Source: Pseudohongiellaceae bacterium (GTDB lineage: Bacteria > Pseudomonadota > Gammaproteobacteria > Pseudomonadales > Pseudohongiellaceae). Taken from it: a stretch of DNA of 64,000 nt. Position numbers and translations under genes: made by a program. Position 1 is the stretch's first letter. Every line of letters starts with the position of its first letter. This document shows positions 10,836 to 20,790 of this stretch, in pieces. Under the pieces are notes generated by a model. The model searched no databases, was not told the origin of the DNA, and was given only the letters and a program-made list of their open reading frames with translations. Location: contig JBDNGQ010000209.1 in the NCBI GenBank assembly GCA_041689205.1, positions 3,842 to 67,841 of the forward strand, written 5' to 3'.

Positions 10836-12188
10836 ATGGAGGATCTTCAAGTGCAGTCTGAACCCATTCAGCAGGTTGATTCGCTGCTGCACGCCAGATG
10901 GATCGTTCCCGTTGAGCCGAAGAACCAGATTCTCGAAGATCATTGCCTGGTAATCAATAAGGGTAAAATTGTCGCAATTGTTCCGCAACTACAAGCAACG
11001 GGATCTTTCTCATCCAACAATGAATTGCACCTTGATAATCATGTGCTGATCCCAGGATTAGTTAATGCTCACGGGCATGCTGCTATGACTATGTTTCGAG
11101 GGTTCACCGATGACCTTGAACTGCATGACTGGCTTGAAAATCATATCTGGCCACTCGAGAACCGCTGGGTCAGTGAAGAATTTGTACTGCATGGGGCAAG
11201 ACTTGCGATTGCTGAGATGATAAGAGGCGGTACAACGTGTTTTGCAGATATGTACTTTTTTCCAGACGCCACTGCTCGTGCAGCCGTTCAGGCCAATATT
11301 CGCGTGCAGTTGGCAGCTCCGGTGCTGGATTTTCCTACTGCATGGGCAAATAATGCCGACGAGTACATTCACAAAGGCACGGTACTCCATGATCAGTATC
11401 GCAACAGTGAATTAATTGGCACAGCGTTTGGCCCGCATGCCCCTTACACGGTATCCGATGCCCCTTTGCGCAAAATAGCGATGCTGGCTGAGGAACTGGA
11501 CCTGCCGGTGCATATGCATATTCACGAAACTACGCAGGAAGTCAGTGACGCAATTGCTGTCACGGGGAAACGTCCCTTGCAACGTCTCCATGAGCTTGGA
11601 CTGCTTACTCCCCGACTGCTGTGCGTACATGCAACCCAGCTGTTGGAAGAAGAAATACATCTGCTGGCGGAGAATGGTTGCAGTGTAGTGCATTGTCCTG
11701 AGTCAAATATGAAACTCGCCAGCGGCTTCTGTCCGGTTCAAAAATTATTGGATCATGGCATCAATGTCGCGCTGGGAACTGATGGTGCAGCCAGCAATAA
11801 TGATCTGGACATGTTCTCAGAAATGCGTTCGGCTGCATTGCTGGGTAAAGCAGTAGCCGCTGATGCCACTGCAGTATCTGCAGCGACGGCACTGCAGATG
11901 GCGACACTGAATGGAGCAAGAGCATTAGGTCTTGGCGATGTTATTGGCAGCCTGGAAGCAGGCAAAGCCGCGGATATTATCGCCGTCAGACTTGATACTT
12001 TAAATAGTGCGCCGGTCTACAATGTGATATCACAACTTGTCTACAGTACACAGGCAAGTCAGGTGAGCCATGTCTGGGTTGGCGGCCGTAAAGTACTAGA
12101 CGAGGGCAAACTGACTACGATAAATATTCAGGTCTTGCAGGAACAGACAGAAAGCTGGCGCAATCGGATACTCTCTAATAAAGTCTGA
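10836..12188 (+). CDS. mtaD: 5-methylthioadenosine/S-adenosylhomocysteine deaminase-like amidohydrolase (TRZ/ATZ family)
   Basis: 450 aa with the metal motif GLVNAHGHAAM and ...HIHE... It sits upstream of ubiG, as in pseudomonads. An alternative start is the GTG at 10851, preceded by GGAGGA. Confidence 0.82.
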   Translation: MEDLQVQSEPIQQVDSLLHARWIVPVEPKNQILEDHCLVINKGKIVAIVPQLQATGSFSSNNELHLDNHVLIPGLVNAHGHAAMTMFRGFTDDLELHDWLENHIWPLENRWVSEEFVLHGARLAIAEMIRGGTTCFADMYFFPDATARAAVQANIRVQLAAPVLDFPTAWANNADEYIHKGTVLHDQYRNSELIGTAFGPHAPYTVSDAPLRKIAMLAEELDLPVHMHIHETTQEVSDAIAVTGKRPLQRLHELGLLTPRLLCVHATQLLEEEIHLLAENGCSVVHCPESNMKLASGFCPVQKLLDHGINVALGTDGAASNNDLDMFSEMRSAALLGKAVAADATAVSAATALQMATLNGARALGLGDVIGSLEAGKAADIIAVRLDTLNSAPVYNVISQLVYSTQASQVSHVWVGGRKVLDEGKLTTINIQVLQEQTESWRNRILSNKV

Positions 12189-12230
12189 TCAACGATATTA
12201 TTCAGACTTATTGTGCAAAAGGCAGATACC

Positions 12231-12953
12231 ATGAACGAAGATACAAACATTGATCAGGCTGAAATTCGCAAATTTGAAGCTCTCGCAGCGCGCTGGTGGG
12301 ATCCGAATAGCGAGTTCCGTCCTCTGCATGAGATTAACCCTCTGCGTATGGGTTTTATCAATCGCAAGATCAACCCTGCCGGAAAGAAAATCGTGGATAT
12401 TGGCTGTGGCGGCGGCATTTTGAGCGAAGCACTGGCTCGTCAAGGTGCTCAGGTTACGGCTATCGATCTGGCAAATGCCTCTTTAACGGTGGCCAGACTG
12501 CATCAACTCGAGAGCGGTCTGGATATTAATTATCGAAAAATATCTGCCGAGTCATTGGCCCAGGAAGAAGCCGGCACTTACGATATAGTTACCTGTCTGG
12601 AAATGCTTGAACATGTCCCCGACCCTGCGGCGATATTGCATGCTTGCGCCACCTTGCTTAAACCAGGAGGCCATCTTTTCTGCTCAACGATTAACCGGAA
12701 TCCGAAAGCCTATTTGTTTGCTGTGCTGGGTGCAGAATACGTACTTAATCTGTTACCAAAAGGGACTCATGACTACAAACGCTTTATCAAACCATCTGAG
12801 CTCTCGGCATGGTGCCGACATGAATCGTTTGAGCAGGGCGAAATAATTGGTTTGGGATACAATCCGTTCAGCAAGCAATATGCGCTGCAGAAGAATATCG
12901 ATGTCAATTATTTTGCTCATTTCATCAAGCCTGAATTGAGACCGGCAGCTTGA
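12231..12953 (+). CDS. ubiG: Bifunctional 3-demethylubiquinol 3-O-methyltransferase / 2-polyprenyl-6-hydroxyphenol methylase
   Basis: EIRKFEALAARWWDPNSEFRPLHEINPLR plus the SAM motif VDIGCGGGILSE. The track start at 12213 is also possible. Confidence 0.92.
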   Translation: MNEDTNIDQAEIRKFEALAARWWDPNSEFRPLHEINPLRMGFINRKINPAGKKIVDIGCGGGILSEALARQGAQVTAIDLANASLTVARLHQLESGLDINYRKISAESLAQEEAGTYDIVTCLEMLEHVPDPAAILHACATLLKPGGHLFCSTINRNPKAYLFAVLGAEYVLNLLPKGTHDYKRFIKPSELSAWCRHESFEQGEIIGLGYNPFSKQYALQKNIDVNYFAHFIKPELRPAA

Positions 12954-12955
12954 TT

Positions 12956-13645
12956 ATGATACAGCCGGACCGTGTGCAAACCATGTTGTTCGATATGGAC
13001 GGCACCCTGATTGATACTGCTGCCGACTTCGTTTACGTGCTTGAACAATTATGTATTGAGAATAATCGTCCGGCTCCGGCTCAGATTGATATCCATCAAA
13101 CGGTCTCCAATGGTGCGAAGGCGCTGGTGCAACTGGCCTTTGGGTTTGATTCCGAAGATCCTCAGTGCGGTTTGCTGCACCAGCGATTGCTGGAAATCTA
13201 CGCTGAGCAGATTAAGTCGACACGCGCTGTGTTGTATCCTGGGATGCAGGAATTACTGCAATATCTACAACAGGCTGGCATTTCCTGGGGAATAGTTACC
13301 AATAAACCCGAGGCTTACAGCATTACACTGCTTGAACAGCTAAAGCTGGACAAAGTCTGCGACGTATTGATCTGTCCAGAACATGTACGGTTTACCAAAC
13401 CTCACCCGGAACCGGTTTTGCTGGCTCTCAGTAAACTGAAACAGTCGGCAGCTGTCGGTGTTTACGTCGGCGATCATCCTCGCGATATTGAATCAGGCCG
13501 TCTGGCCGGCATATTTACGATAGCGGCAGCCTACGGTTATCTGTCAATCAATCCACCAGTGGACAGCTGGGGAGCCGATATGGTTGTCAATTCTGCAACT
13601 GAAATTACTGCATGGCTGTCTGGCAGGCTGCCTGCCATCCCATAA
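12956..13645 (+). CDS. HAD-superfamily phosphatase (phosphoglycolate phosphatase / MupP-like)
   Basis: DMDGTLIDT nucleophile motif, VTNK and GDHPRDI motifs. It has the same position after ubiG as mupP in Pseudomonas. Confidence 0.8.
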   Translation: MIQPDRVQTMLFDMDGTLIDTAADFVYVLEQLCIENNRPAPAQIDIHQTVSNGAKALVQLAFGFDSEDPQCGLLHQRLLEIYAEQIKSTRAVLYPGMQELLQYLQQAGISWGIVTNKPEAYSITLLEQLKLDKVCDVLICPEHVRFTKPHPEPVLLALSKLKQSAAVGVYVGDHPRDIESGRLAGIFTIAAAYGYLSINPPVDSWGADMVVNSATEITAWLSGRLPAIP

Positions 13646-13688
13646 ACAACGCCGCCGCTATAATCAAGAAACTCTTAATGGAAAAAAC

Positions 13689-14432
13689 ATGAAAAACTAT
13701 AAAGCCCCTTCCGATCTGCTGAAAGATCGAACGATTCTTGTTACCGGTGCCGGAGATGGCATTGGTAAAGCCGCAGCACTGGCTTTTGCGAAACACGGTG
13801 CCACTGTCATCCTGCTGGGCCGCACCCAGGGTAAACTCGAACAGATCTATGATGAGATTAAGATTGCTCAGGCACCTGAGGCAATTATTCATCCTCTGGA
13901 CCTGGCTACAGCGGGTAACGAAGATTATGCTGCGCTGGCTGTCTCTATCAGCGAGCAATTTGGAGGACTGGATGGCTTATTGCATAGCGCTGCCCTGCTG
14001 GGCCCACGCACCCCGATCCAATACTATCCGGCCGAAGCCTGGGCAAAATTGATGCAGGTGAATGTTACCGCCTGCTTTCAATTGACACGGGCACTATTAC
14101 CCGCACTGATGACATCTGATCAGGGAAGAATTCTGTTTACTTCGTCCAGCGTAGGAAGACACGGTCGCGCTTACTGGGGCGGTTATGCGGTCAGCAAGTT
14201 TGCTGTTGAAGGTTTGATGCAGGTGCTTGCAGATGAGTTACGCGATACCAGTAATGTCCGCGTAAACAGCATCAATCCGGGAGCTACCCGCACTGCAATG
14301 AGAAAGGAGGCCTATCCGGCTGAAGACCCCGTCACCCTGCCAACTCCGGAATCACTGATGCCCGCCTATCTTTATCTGATGGGCAGCGAGAGCACTGAAG
14401 TGCATGGACAGGCTCTCGATATCCAGAACTGA
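13689..14432 (+). CDS. Short-chain dehydrogenase/reductase, YciK-like
   Basis: TGAGDGIGKAAA cofactor motif and Y-x-x-x-K (YAVSKFA). I prefer the start at MKNYKAPSDLL over the upstream in-frame extension that overlaps the HAD gene. Confidence 0.85.
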   Translation: MKNYKAPSDLLKDRTILVTGAGDGIGKAAALAFAKHGATVILLGRTQGKLEQIYDEIKIAQAPEAIIHPLDLATAGNEDYAALAVSISEQFGGLDGLLHSAALLGPRTPIQYYPAEAWAKLMQVNVTACFQLTRALLPALMTSDQGRILFTSSSVGRHGRAYWGGYAVSKFAVEGLMQVLADELRDTSNVRVNSINPGATRTAMRKEAYPAEDPVTLPTPESLMPAYLYLMGSESTEVHGQALDIQN

Positions 14433-14481
14433 TTTAAAACAATTAACCGGGGGCATCCAGTCCTATTTAATTACTGTGCGA

Positions 14482-15264
14482 TTAACTGCGCCGCGCTGGG
14501 ACCAGGACTTTCTGTCTGCTGCGAGGAGGCAGGCCAGCCGCAGCATATAAAAGATTTATTTCTTGCAAAGGCAGCTCATACAGTTGCCCCTTCTTGATTC
14601 TGCTTGGTATAAACATAGGGCCATACCTGACTCGCTTCAGACGGCTTACAGTGACACCCTGAGACTCCCACAGACGCCGCACTTCTCGATTACGGCCCTC
14701 CATGATGACTACATGGTACCAGCGGTTACTTGCTTCACCTGCGAAAAATTGGACGTCTGTGAAGCGGCAAAGATTGTCCTCAATCATCACCCCCTGCAGC
14801 ATCGCATTTATCATTTCCTGAGTGACATCACCACGCACCCGAACGGCATATTCCCGATCCACATTGGACGATGGATGCATCAACTTATTGGCTAATTCAC
14901 CATCAGTAGTAAACAACAAAAGTCCGCTGGTATTCATATCGAGGCGGCCAATCGCGACCCAGCGGCCATGCTTTATAGATGGCAGTTTATCGAACACAGT
15001 TGGTCGACCCTCGGGGTCTTTGCGGGTGCTTACTTCACCTTCAGGCTTATTGTATAAAACCACCCTTGCCTGCTCAGAGGCAGCCGTTGGAGGGCTTACT
15101 TTTTTGCCATCTACTATCAATTTGTCGTCAGCACTTACGCGATCACCAAGGGTGGCGATTTTGCCATTGATTTTCACTCGCCCCTGTTTAATCCAGTCCT
15201 CCAGTTCGCGCCTTGAACCAAAACCAGCCCTGGCAAGTACTTTCTGTAATTTCTCATCGGTCAC
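14482..15264 (-). CDS. rluB: 23S rRNA pseudouridine synthase B
   Basis: S4 domain (KLQKVLARAGFGSRRELE) plus RluB-type catalytic motifs (GRLDMNTSGLLLFTTDG, REY). Confidence 0.9.
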   Translation of the reverse strand: MTDEKLQKVLARAGFGSRRELEDWIKQGRVKINGKIATLGDRVSADDKLIVDGKKVSPPTAASEQARVVLYNKPEGEVSTRKDPEGRPTVFDKLPSIKHGRWVAIGRLDMNTSGLLLFTTDGELANKLMHPSSNVDREYAVRVRGDVTQEMINAMLQGVMIEDNLCRFTDVQFFAGEASNRWYHVVIMEGRNREVRRLWESQGVTVSRLKRVRYGPMFIPSRIKKGQLYELPLQEINLLYAAAGLPPRSRQKVLVPARRS

Positions 15265-16117
15265 TGTTATTTTCTTCCTGCGTACTTTCTATTAGGGAGG
15301 GTTTTGCGGATGGCGGGATGCTCCCTTTGAGAGCAGAGCTTATACCCAGTATTTCATCCAGCGGACGCCGAGCCAGCGCCATCGCTTCCTGTTCATCTGG
15401 ATAATCGCCTTCGTTTGCTGAATCGCTGAATTCATCGTCCGTCTCGGCTGTTAACTCCGCCTCGGAAGGCAGATCCAGTACGCGCATATCTCCCAGCACA
15501 TCCTCAAGCTCCAGCTCTCGGTTGAGTTGATCCAGATCGCGAATTTCTGAAAGCGGTGGAAGTTGCTGAAGACTTTTTAAATCAAAATAGTCAAGAAACT
15601 GCCTGGTGGTCGCAAACATTGCAGGCCTGCCGGGCACATCGCGATGACCAACTACTCTGATCCACTCACGATCCAGTAATGTCCTGATAATAGTAGAGCT
15701 GACCCCCACCCCGCGAATCTCTTCAATATCACCTCGGGTGATCGGTTGACGGTAAGCAATTAAAGCCAAAGTTTCCAATAATGCACGGGTATATCGCTGC
15801 GGTCTCTCCTCCCACAGCCGGCTCACCCATGCGCTGAGCTCCTGCTTTACCTGAAAGCGGAAGCCGGAGGCTATTTCTTTTAACTCAAAGCCTCTTTGCT
15901 CGCAATCCATCGCGATAGCAGCAAAAACTTCTTTCAGTACTGCGGGTTCGGGTCTCTCTTGCTCAAGAAAAAGCTCAGCGACATCAGCCACAGACAAAGG
16001 TTTGCCTGCGGCCATTAACAAGCCTTCTACGATCCTCTTGAGCTGGTCTTTCTCAATGGGGACTGCCACCATATCCGTCACAGGAGCCTCAAGGTCGTGA
16101 ACTTGTGCATCGTTCAT
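15254..16117 (-). CDS. scpB: Segregation and condensation protein B
   Basis: ScpB winged-helix core (LETLALIAYRQPITRGDIEEIRGV) with an acidic C-terminal extension. It overlaps scpA by 4 nt. Confidence 0.9.
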   Translation of the reverse strand: MNDAQVHDLEAPVTDMVAVPIEKDQLKRIVEGLLMAAGKPLSVADVAELFLEQERPEPAVLKEVFAAIAMDCEQRGFELKEIASGFRFQVKQELSAWVSRLWEERPQRYTRALLETLALIAYRQPITRGDIEEIRGVGVSSTIIRTLLDREWIRVVGHRDVPGRPAMFATTRQFLDYFDLKSLQQLPPLSEIRDLDQLNRELELEDVLGDMRVLDLPSEAELTAETDDEFSDSANEGDYPDEQEAMALARRPLDEILGISSALKGSIPPSAKPSLIESTQEENNSDR

Positions 16118-16986
16118 TCGCTGCGTGCCTTTAAATGTATAGGGCCAAATGCCTCAGTTTGAATTATTTCAATCAGAGAATCCTTCAGCAGTTCCATAAC
16201 TGCAAGGAAAGTCACAACCACACCAAGACGCCCCTCTTCCCTCATCAACAGCGACACCAGAGGTATAAAACGCTGTGATGACAGGCGTACCAGAATCTCT
16301 GACATCTTCTCGCGCGTAGACAGCGTTTCACGCTGAATATGATGGTGCTCGAACCTATCTGCCCGTCTTAAAACACTTGCTAAGGCAATCAGTATTTCTT
16401 CAAGCTCAACTACCGGATCGGGCGTATAACGTTCCAATTCCGGCGCTGCTGCTTGAACCAGAAACAAATCCCTTTCCAGACGCGGTAATGCATCTATATC
16501 TTCTGCTGCTTTTTTATACCGTTCATATTCCTGCAGACGCCTGATCAGCTGTGCGCGAGGGTCTTCTTCGTCCTCAGCTTCGACACTACTGCGCGGTAAT
16601 AACATCCGCGATTTGATTTCAGCCAGCATGGCTGCCATCACCAGGTATTCGGCGGCCAGTTCAAACTGATGAGACTCCATCAAATCGACATAAGCCATGT
16701 ATTGAGAGGTGATTTGAGAGACATCTATTTCCAGAATATCTATGTTCTGTCGTTTGATCAGATATAACAACAGATCCAGCGGTCCTTCAAATGCTTCAAG
16801 AAACACCTCGAGGGCATCCGGGGGAATATACAGATCCTGTGGCAATTGCGTCATCGCTTTGCCGGCAATATAAGCAAAAGGCATTTCCTGCTGAGCTAAC
16901 TGCTCCAGCGGTTTTGCCCTGCTTGTCTCTACAGTCGGTTCAGCGCTCACCTCAACGGTACCCCAATCCCATTGCGTCTCTGACAT
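16114..16986 (-). CDS. scpA: Segregation and condensation protein A
   Basis: FEGPLDLLLYLIKRQNIDILEIDVSQIT motif. The start is uncertain (17025, 16986 or 16884). Both upstream candidate starts (17025, 16986) overlap the trpS 3' end; 16884 does not. Confidence 0.85.
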   Translation of the reverse strand: MSETQWDWGTVEVSAEPTVETSRAKPLEQLAQQEMPFAYIAGKAMTQLPQDLYIPPDALEVFLEAFEGPLDLLLYLIKRQNIDILEIDVSQITSQYMAYVDLMESHQFELAAEYLVMAAMLAEIKSRMLLPRSSVEAEDEEDPRAQLIRRLQEYERYKKAAEDIDALPRLERDLFLVQAAAPELERYTPDPVVELEEILIALASVLRRADRFEHHHIQRETLSTREKMSEILVRLSSQRFIPLVSLLMREEGRLGVVVTFLAVMELLKDSLIEIIQTEAFGPIHLKARSE

Positions 16987-18202
16987 CCTGCAGAGTCTCC
17001 CGGGCTGATTCCCTTGCCACTTCAACGCCTTCAGCTAGTATCGATCTGACCATATCCGGGTCTTTTTCGTATTGTTTCGCCTGCTCCTGAATAGGTTCTA
17101 ACTCTTTGATTATCGTGTCAATAACCGGTCGTTTGCATTCCAGACAACCAATTCCGGCGCTGCGGCAACCGGCATTCACCCATTCTTTGGTGCTCTCGTC
17201 CGAATATACTTCATGCAACTGCCATACCGGACATTTTTGTGGATCACCCGGATCTGTCAGCCGCACCCGTGCAGGATCGGTAGGCATGGTTGCGATTTTC
17301 TTTTCAATCAACTCCAGAGGTTCGCGCAGACTGATGGTGTTATCGTAGGACTTGGACATTTTTTGCCCATCAAGGCCAGGCATTTTCGCGGCAGGTGTCA
17401 GCAACGCCTGCGGTTCCGCCAGAATCATTTTTCCGCTGCCTTCCAGATAACCCCAAAGTCGCTCGCGATCACCCAGGGAAATATTCTGCTGTTCCTGCAG
17501 CAATGCTTTTGCCCGTTCCAGCGCATCCTGATCTCCCTGCTGCTGGTATCCGGTTCTCAATGAACTGTACAAGCGCGCAGTTTTTTTGCCCATCTTCTTG
17601 ATAGCAGCCTGAACATTTTCTTCAAAGTCGGGTTCTCTACCATAAAGATGATTAAAACGACGCGCAACTTCCCGTGTTAATTCCACGTGCGCCACCTGGT
17701 CTGCGCCTACGGGAACCATACCGGCACGATAGATCAGAATATCCGCACTCTGCAGCAAGGGGTATCCTAAAAATCCGTAGGTCTCCAAGTCTCTTTCCCG
17801 TAGTTTTTCCTGTTGATCTTTATAGCTGGGGACACGTTCGAGCCAACCCAGAGGTGTCATCATCGACAGTAATAGATGCAACTCAGCATGCTCAGGGACG
17901 CGGGACTGGATAAAAAGGGAAGCCGAACCGGGATTTACACCAACAGCTAGCCAGTCGATGACCATATCGAGGACGTATTCTTCAAGTATCTGCGGAGAAG
18001 CATAATGTGTGGTCAACGCATGCCAATCGGCAACAAAGAAAAAACATTCATATTCATGCTGGAGTTTCACCCAATTTTTGAGCACACCATGATAATGCCC
18101 AAGATGCAGACGTCCGGTGGGGCGCATCCCTGATAAAACCCGATGCTGTGAATTGACAGTGGACAACGTATAACTCCAGTATTCTTGTTGAATATAGGCC
18201 AC
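16952..18202 (-). CDS. trpS: Tryptophan--tRNA ligase (long form with a Cys4 insertion)
   Basis: The class I motifs are HLGHY (HIGH) and KMSKS. The true start may be slightly downstream of the first ATG. Confidence 0.93.
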   Translation of the reverse strand: MAYIQQEYWSYTLSTVNSQHRVLSGMRPTGRLHLGHYHGVLKNWVKLQHEYECFFFVADWHALTTHYASPQILEEYVLDMVIDWLAVGVNPGSASLFIQSRVPEHAELHLLLSMMTPLGWLERVPSYKDQQEKLRERDLETYGFLGYPLLQSADILIYRAGMVPVGADQVAHVELTREVARRFNHLYGREPDFEENVQAAIKKMGKKTARLYSSLRTGYQQQGDQDALERAKALLQEQQNISLGDRERLWGYLEGSGKMILAEPQALLTPAAKMPGLDGQKMSKSYDNTISLREPLELIEKKIATMPTDPARVRLTDPGDPQKCPVWQLHEVYSDESTKEWVNAGCRSAGIGCLECKRPVIDTIIKELEPIQEQAKQYEKDPDMVRSILAEGVEVARESARETLQDVRDAMGLGYR

Positions 18203-18316
18203 TCCATCACGGATTGGCCGGAAAGGGCCGCATTATCTCAGATGAAAAGAGTGAATACGAAGAATTTTTAGCCACCCTGTTAAAAGGGCCGGAGCTGAAA
18301 CACCCGCACCGCAGAC

Positions 18317-18937
18317 TTATCGAAAGGGTTCAGAATCACCTTTGCCTTCGCGCAGCAGTTTTGGTTTACCATCGACCAGGTCCACCACGGTTGTGGCTGT
18401 CAGGCCACAGGCTTCGCTTTCAATAATCAGATCAACCAGGTTTCCCATTCGTTCCTGGATTTCGTAAACCTCAGAGAGCGGATTTTCGTCGCCAGGGAGA
18501 ATCAGGCTGGTACTCATTATCGGTTCTCCTACTTCCTGTAACAGTGCTTGAGTTACCCGATTATCGGGAATGCGCAAACCTATAGTCTTGCGTTTAGGAT
18601 GCATCAGACGACGTGGCACTTCCGCCGTCGCTGACAAAATGAAAGTATAGGGACCGGGGGTATATGCTTTGAGCAGGCGATAAGCGCTGTTGCTCACTTT
18701 TGCATAGATGGATATCGAAGAAAGATCTGCGCACATCAGCGTAAAATTATGTCTGTCATCCAATTGCCTGATCCGACGAATTCTTTCCAACGCGGATTTG
18801 TCGCCTATATGACAGGCCAGCGCATAAGTAGAGTCGGTGGGATAAATGATAACTCCTCCAGAAAGCAAAATAGCTGCCGCCTGCTTGATCAGGCGTGGTT
18901 CTGGATTCTGAGGATGAATGTGGAAACACTGAGCCAT
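18317..18937 (-). CDS. yciO: YciO-like L-threonylcarbamoyladenylate synthase-family (YrdC/Sua5 fold) protein
   Basis: 206 aa with PTDSTYALAC, RLLKAYTPGPYTFIL and GLRIPD. The length and motifs match my recollection of the YciO paralog. Confidence 0.78.
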   Translation of the reverse strand: MAQCFHIHPQNPEPRLIKQAAAILLSGGVIIYPTDSTYALACHIGDKSALERIRRIRQLDDRHNFTLMCADLSSISIYAKVSNSAYRLLKAYTPGPYTFILSATAEVPRRLMHPKRKTIGLRIPDNRVTQALLQEVGEPIMSTSLILPGDENPLSEVYEIQERMGNLVDLIIESEACGLTATTVVDLVDGKPKLLREGKGDSEPFR

Positions 18938-19085
18938 TAGAGGTATCGTAGTCCGTTTTTAAAATTGGAATTAAGCACGCGGCACACAATAACAGGCTGC
19001 GACCGGCAAGTCGATTGCTGACATCCGCAACGGCGCTGCTGGAACAAAGATTATCTATTCATCAGTCAAAAACAAAGGATCAGAA

Positions 19086-19385
19086 ATGCTCTATGCAATC
19101 ATCAGTGAAGACGTCGCTAACAGTCTGCCATTGCGGATTACTGTTAGATCGGCACATCTTAAGCGTGTTCAAAAATTAGTCGACGAGGGACGCCTGATTA
19201 TAGCCGGCCCACATCCTGCTATCGACAGCAATGAACCAGCAGCGGCCGGTTTTACCGGCAGTCTGATCATCGCGGAATTTGCATCACTGGCGGCAGCACA
19301 ATTATGGGCTGATGCTGACCCTTATTTGGAAGCTGGTGTTTATCAAAAAGTTGTGGTGAAGCCATTTAAGCAGGTGATGCCTTGA
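19086..19385 (+). CDS. YciI-family protein
   Basis: 99 aa. R..H...V......G.L...GP and DPY...GV....V.PFK are typical of YciI-like proteins. Confidence 0.85.
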   Translation: MLYAIISEDVANSLPLRITVRSAHLKRVQKLVDEGRLIIAGPHPAIDSNEPAAAGFTGSLIIAEFASLAAAQLWADADPYLEAGVYQKVVVKPFKQVMP

Positions 19386-19393
19386 GAGCCCGC

Positions 19394-20020
19394 TTATTCC
19401 TGCAAAACTTCCTGCAATTCAGATGTCACGGGCTTCAGATCAGGAAACCCGACATCGAGGGTCTCATTCCAGATTTTCAATTCTCCGCGTTTTCGCCGCA
19501 TCAGAGCAGAAGTATCACCACTGATAGTGACACTTTGAATCACATCATTGCGGCTGATTGAATTGACTACCTCCTGCCCCTTCACCACCCGGCCGAATAC
19601 GGAATGCTTGCCATCAAGATGGGGTGCTGGCACATGAGTGATGAAGAACTGGCTGCCATCTGTTCCGGGGCCACTGTTCGCGGTAGATAAAATTCCAGCA
19701 CGATTATGACGCAGTGTTAACTCACCGCTGAAACGATAACCAGGACTGCCGGTACCGGTGCCCAGGGGATCGCCGCCCTGAATCATAAAGTTGCGCTCTA
19801 CTCGATGAAATTTCAAACCATCGTAAAAACCGCGCTGCGCGAGATTCACAAAATTCGCCACGGAGGTGGGAGCCAATTGCTCATTGAAGGAAATTTCGAT
19901 ATCACCTTTGTTGGTCTTTATCAGAGCACCCAGGTTCTGAGCCAGGGCAACAGGTGACAGTAGCATCCACGCAAGAATAAACAGGAAGGTTGGTTTTTTC
20001 TTTTTAAATGAACTCATCAT
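19394..20020 (-). CDS. ppiA: Periplasmic cyclophilin-type peptidyl-prolyl cis-trans isomerase
   Basis: Signal peptide plus the canonical motifs FHRV..NFMIQGGDP, GSQFFI and LDGKHSVFGRVV. Confidence 0.88.
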   Translation of the reverse strand: MMSSFKKKKPTFLFILAWMLLSPVALAQNLGALIKTNKGDIEISFNEQLAPTSVANFVNLAQRGFYDGLKFHRVERNFMIQGGDPLGTGTGSPGYRFSGELTLRHNRAGILSTANSGPGTDGSQFFITHVPAPHLDGKHSVFGRVVKGQEVVNSISRNDVIQSVTISGDTSALMRRKRGELKIWNETLDVGFPDLKPVTSELQEVLQE

Positions 20021-20790
20021 AAAGCTATACCAAATTGCATGTTTACCGGCGCATGATCTGAAAAACTCTGCGCAGTGTATATTTCAACTTCCTGCACATG
20101 AGCAAGAAGATTGGGAGTAATTACGTGATAATCAAGGCGCCACCCGACATTCTTTGATCGGGCCTGACCTCGCTGCGACCACCATGTATATTGATCAGAT
20201 TCTTTGTTGAGGTGACGGAATGCATCTATAAACCCTTCCTGTTCAAAAAGTCGATCAAGCCACTGTCTTTCCAGAGGCAGAAAACCAGAGTTCTTTAGAT
20301 TACCTTTCCAGTTTTTTAGATCAATCTCTTTATGACAGATATTCCAATCACCACAGAAAATAAAATCACGCCCACTGTCGCGTAACGATTGCATGAAGGG
20401 CATGAACTTATCAAGAAACTGATACTTCACCGTCTGCCGCAACTCTCCGCTGCTGCCTGATGGCATATACAGCGAGGCTACACTAAGGTTGCCGAAATCA
20501 GCTTGAATGTAACGCCCTTCCGAATCAGCTGTATTGCACCCAATTCCGCGGATTACCCGATCAGGTTTGCGACGACAGAATAAGGCGGTACCCGAATAGC
20601 CTTTCTTTTCTGCGTCGAAATAAAAACAATGATAGCCCTCAGGATGAAATATCGGGTCGTCCAGTTGATGAATCTGTGCTTTGGTTTCCTGCAGACAGAT
20701 TACATCAGCATCCGCTTCCGGCAGCCAGTCAAAAAATCCTTTTTTTGCAGCTGACCGAATGCCATTACAGTTTAACGTCATTACTCGCAT
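20017..20790 (-). CDS. xthA: Exodeoxyribonuclease III
   Basis: NCNGIRSA, CLQETK, GDWNICH and SDHAPV motifs of the EEP/ExoIII family. Confidence 0.92.
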   Translation of the reverse strand: MRVMTLNCNGIRSAAKKGFFDWLPEADADVICLQETKAQIHQLDDPIFHPEGYHCFYFDAEKKGYSGTALFCRRKPDRVIRGIGCNTADSEGRYIQADFGNLSVASLYMPSGSSGELRQTVKYQFLDKFMPFMQSLRDSGRDFIFCGDWNICHKEIDLKNWKGNLKNSGFLPLERQWLDRLFEQEGFIDAFRHLNKESDQYTWWSQRGQARSKNVGWRLDYHVITPNLLAHVQEVEIYTAQSFSDHAPVNMQFGIAL

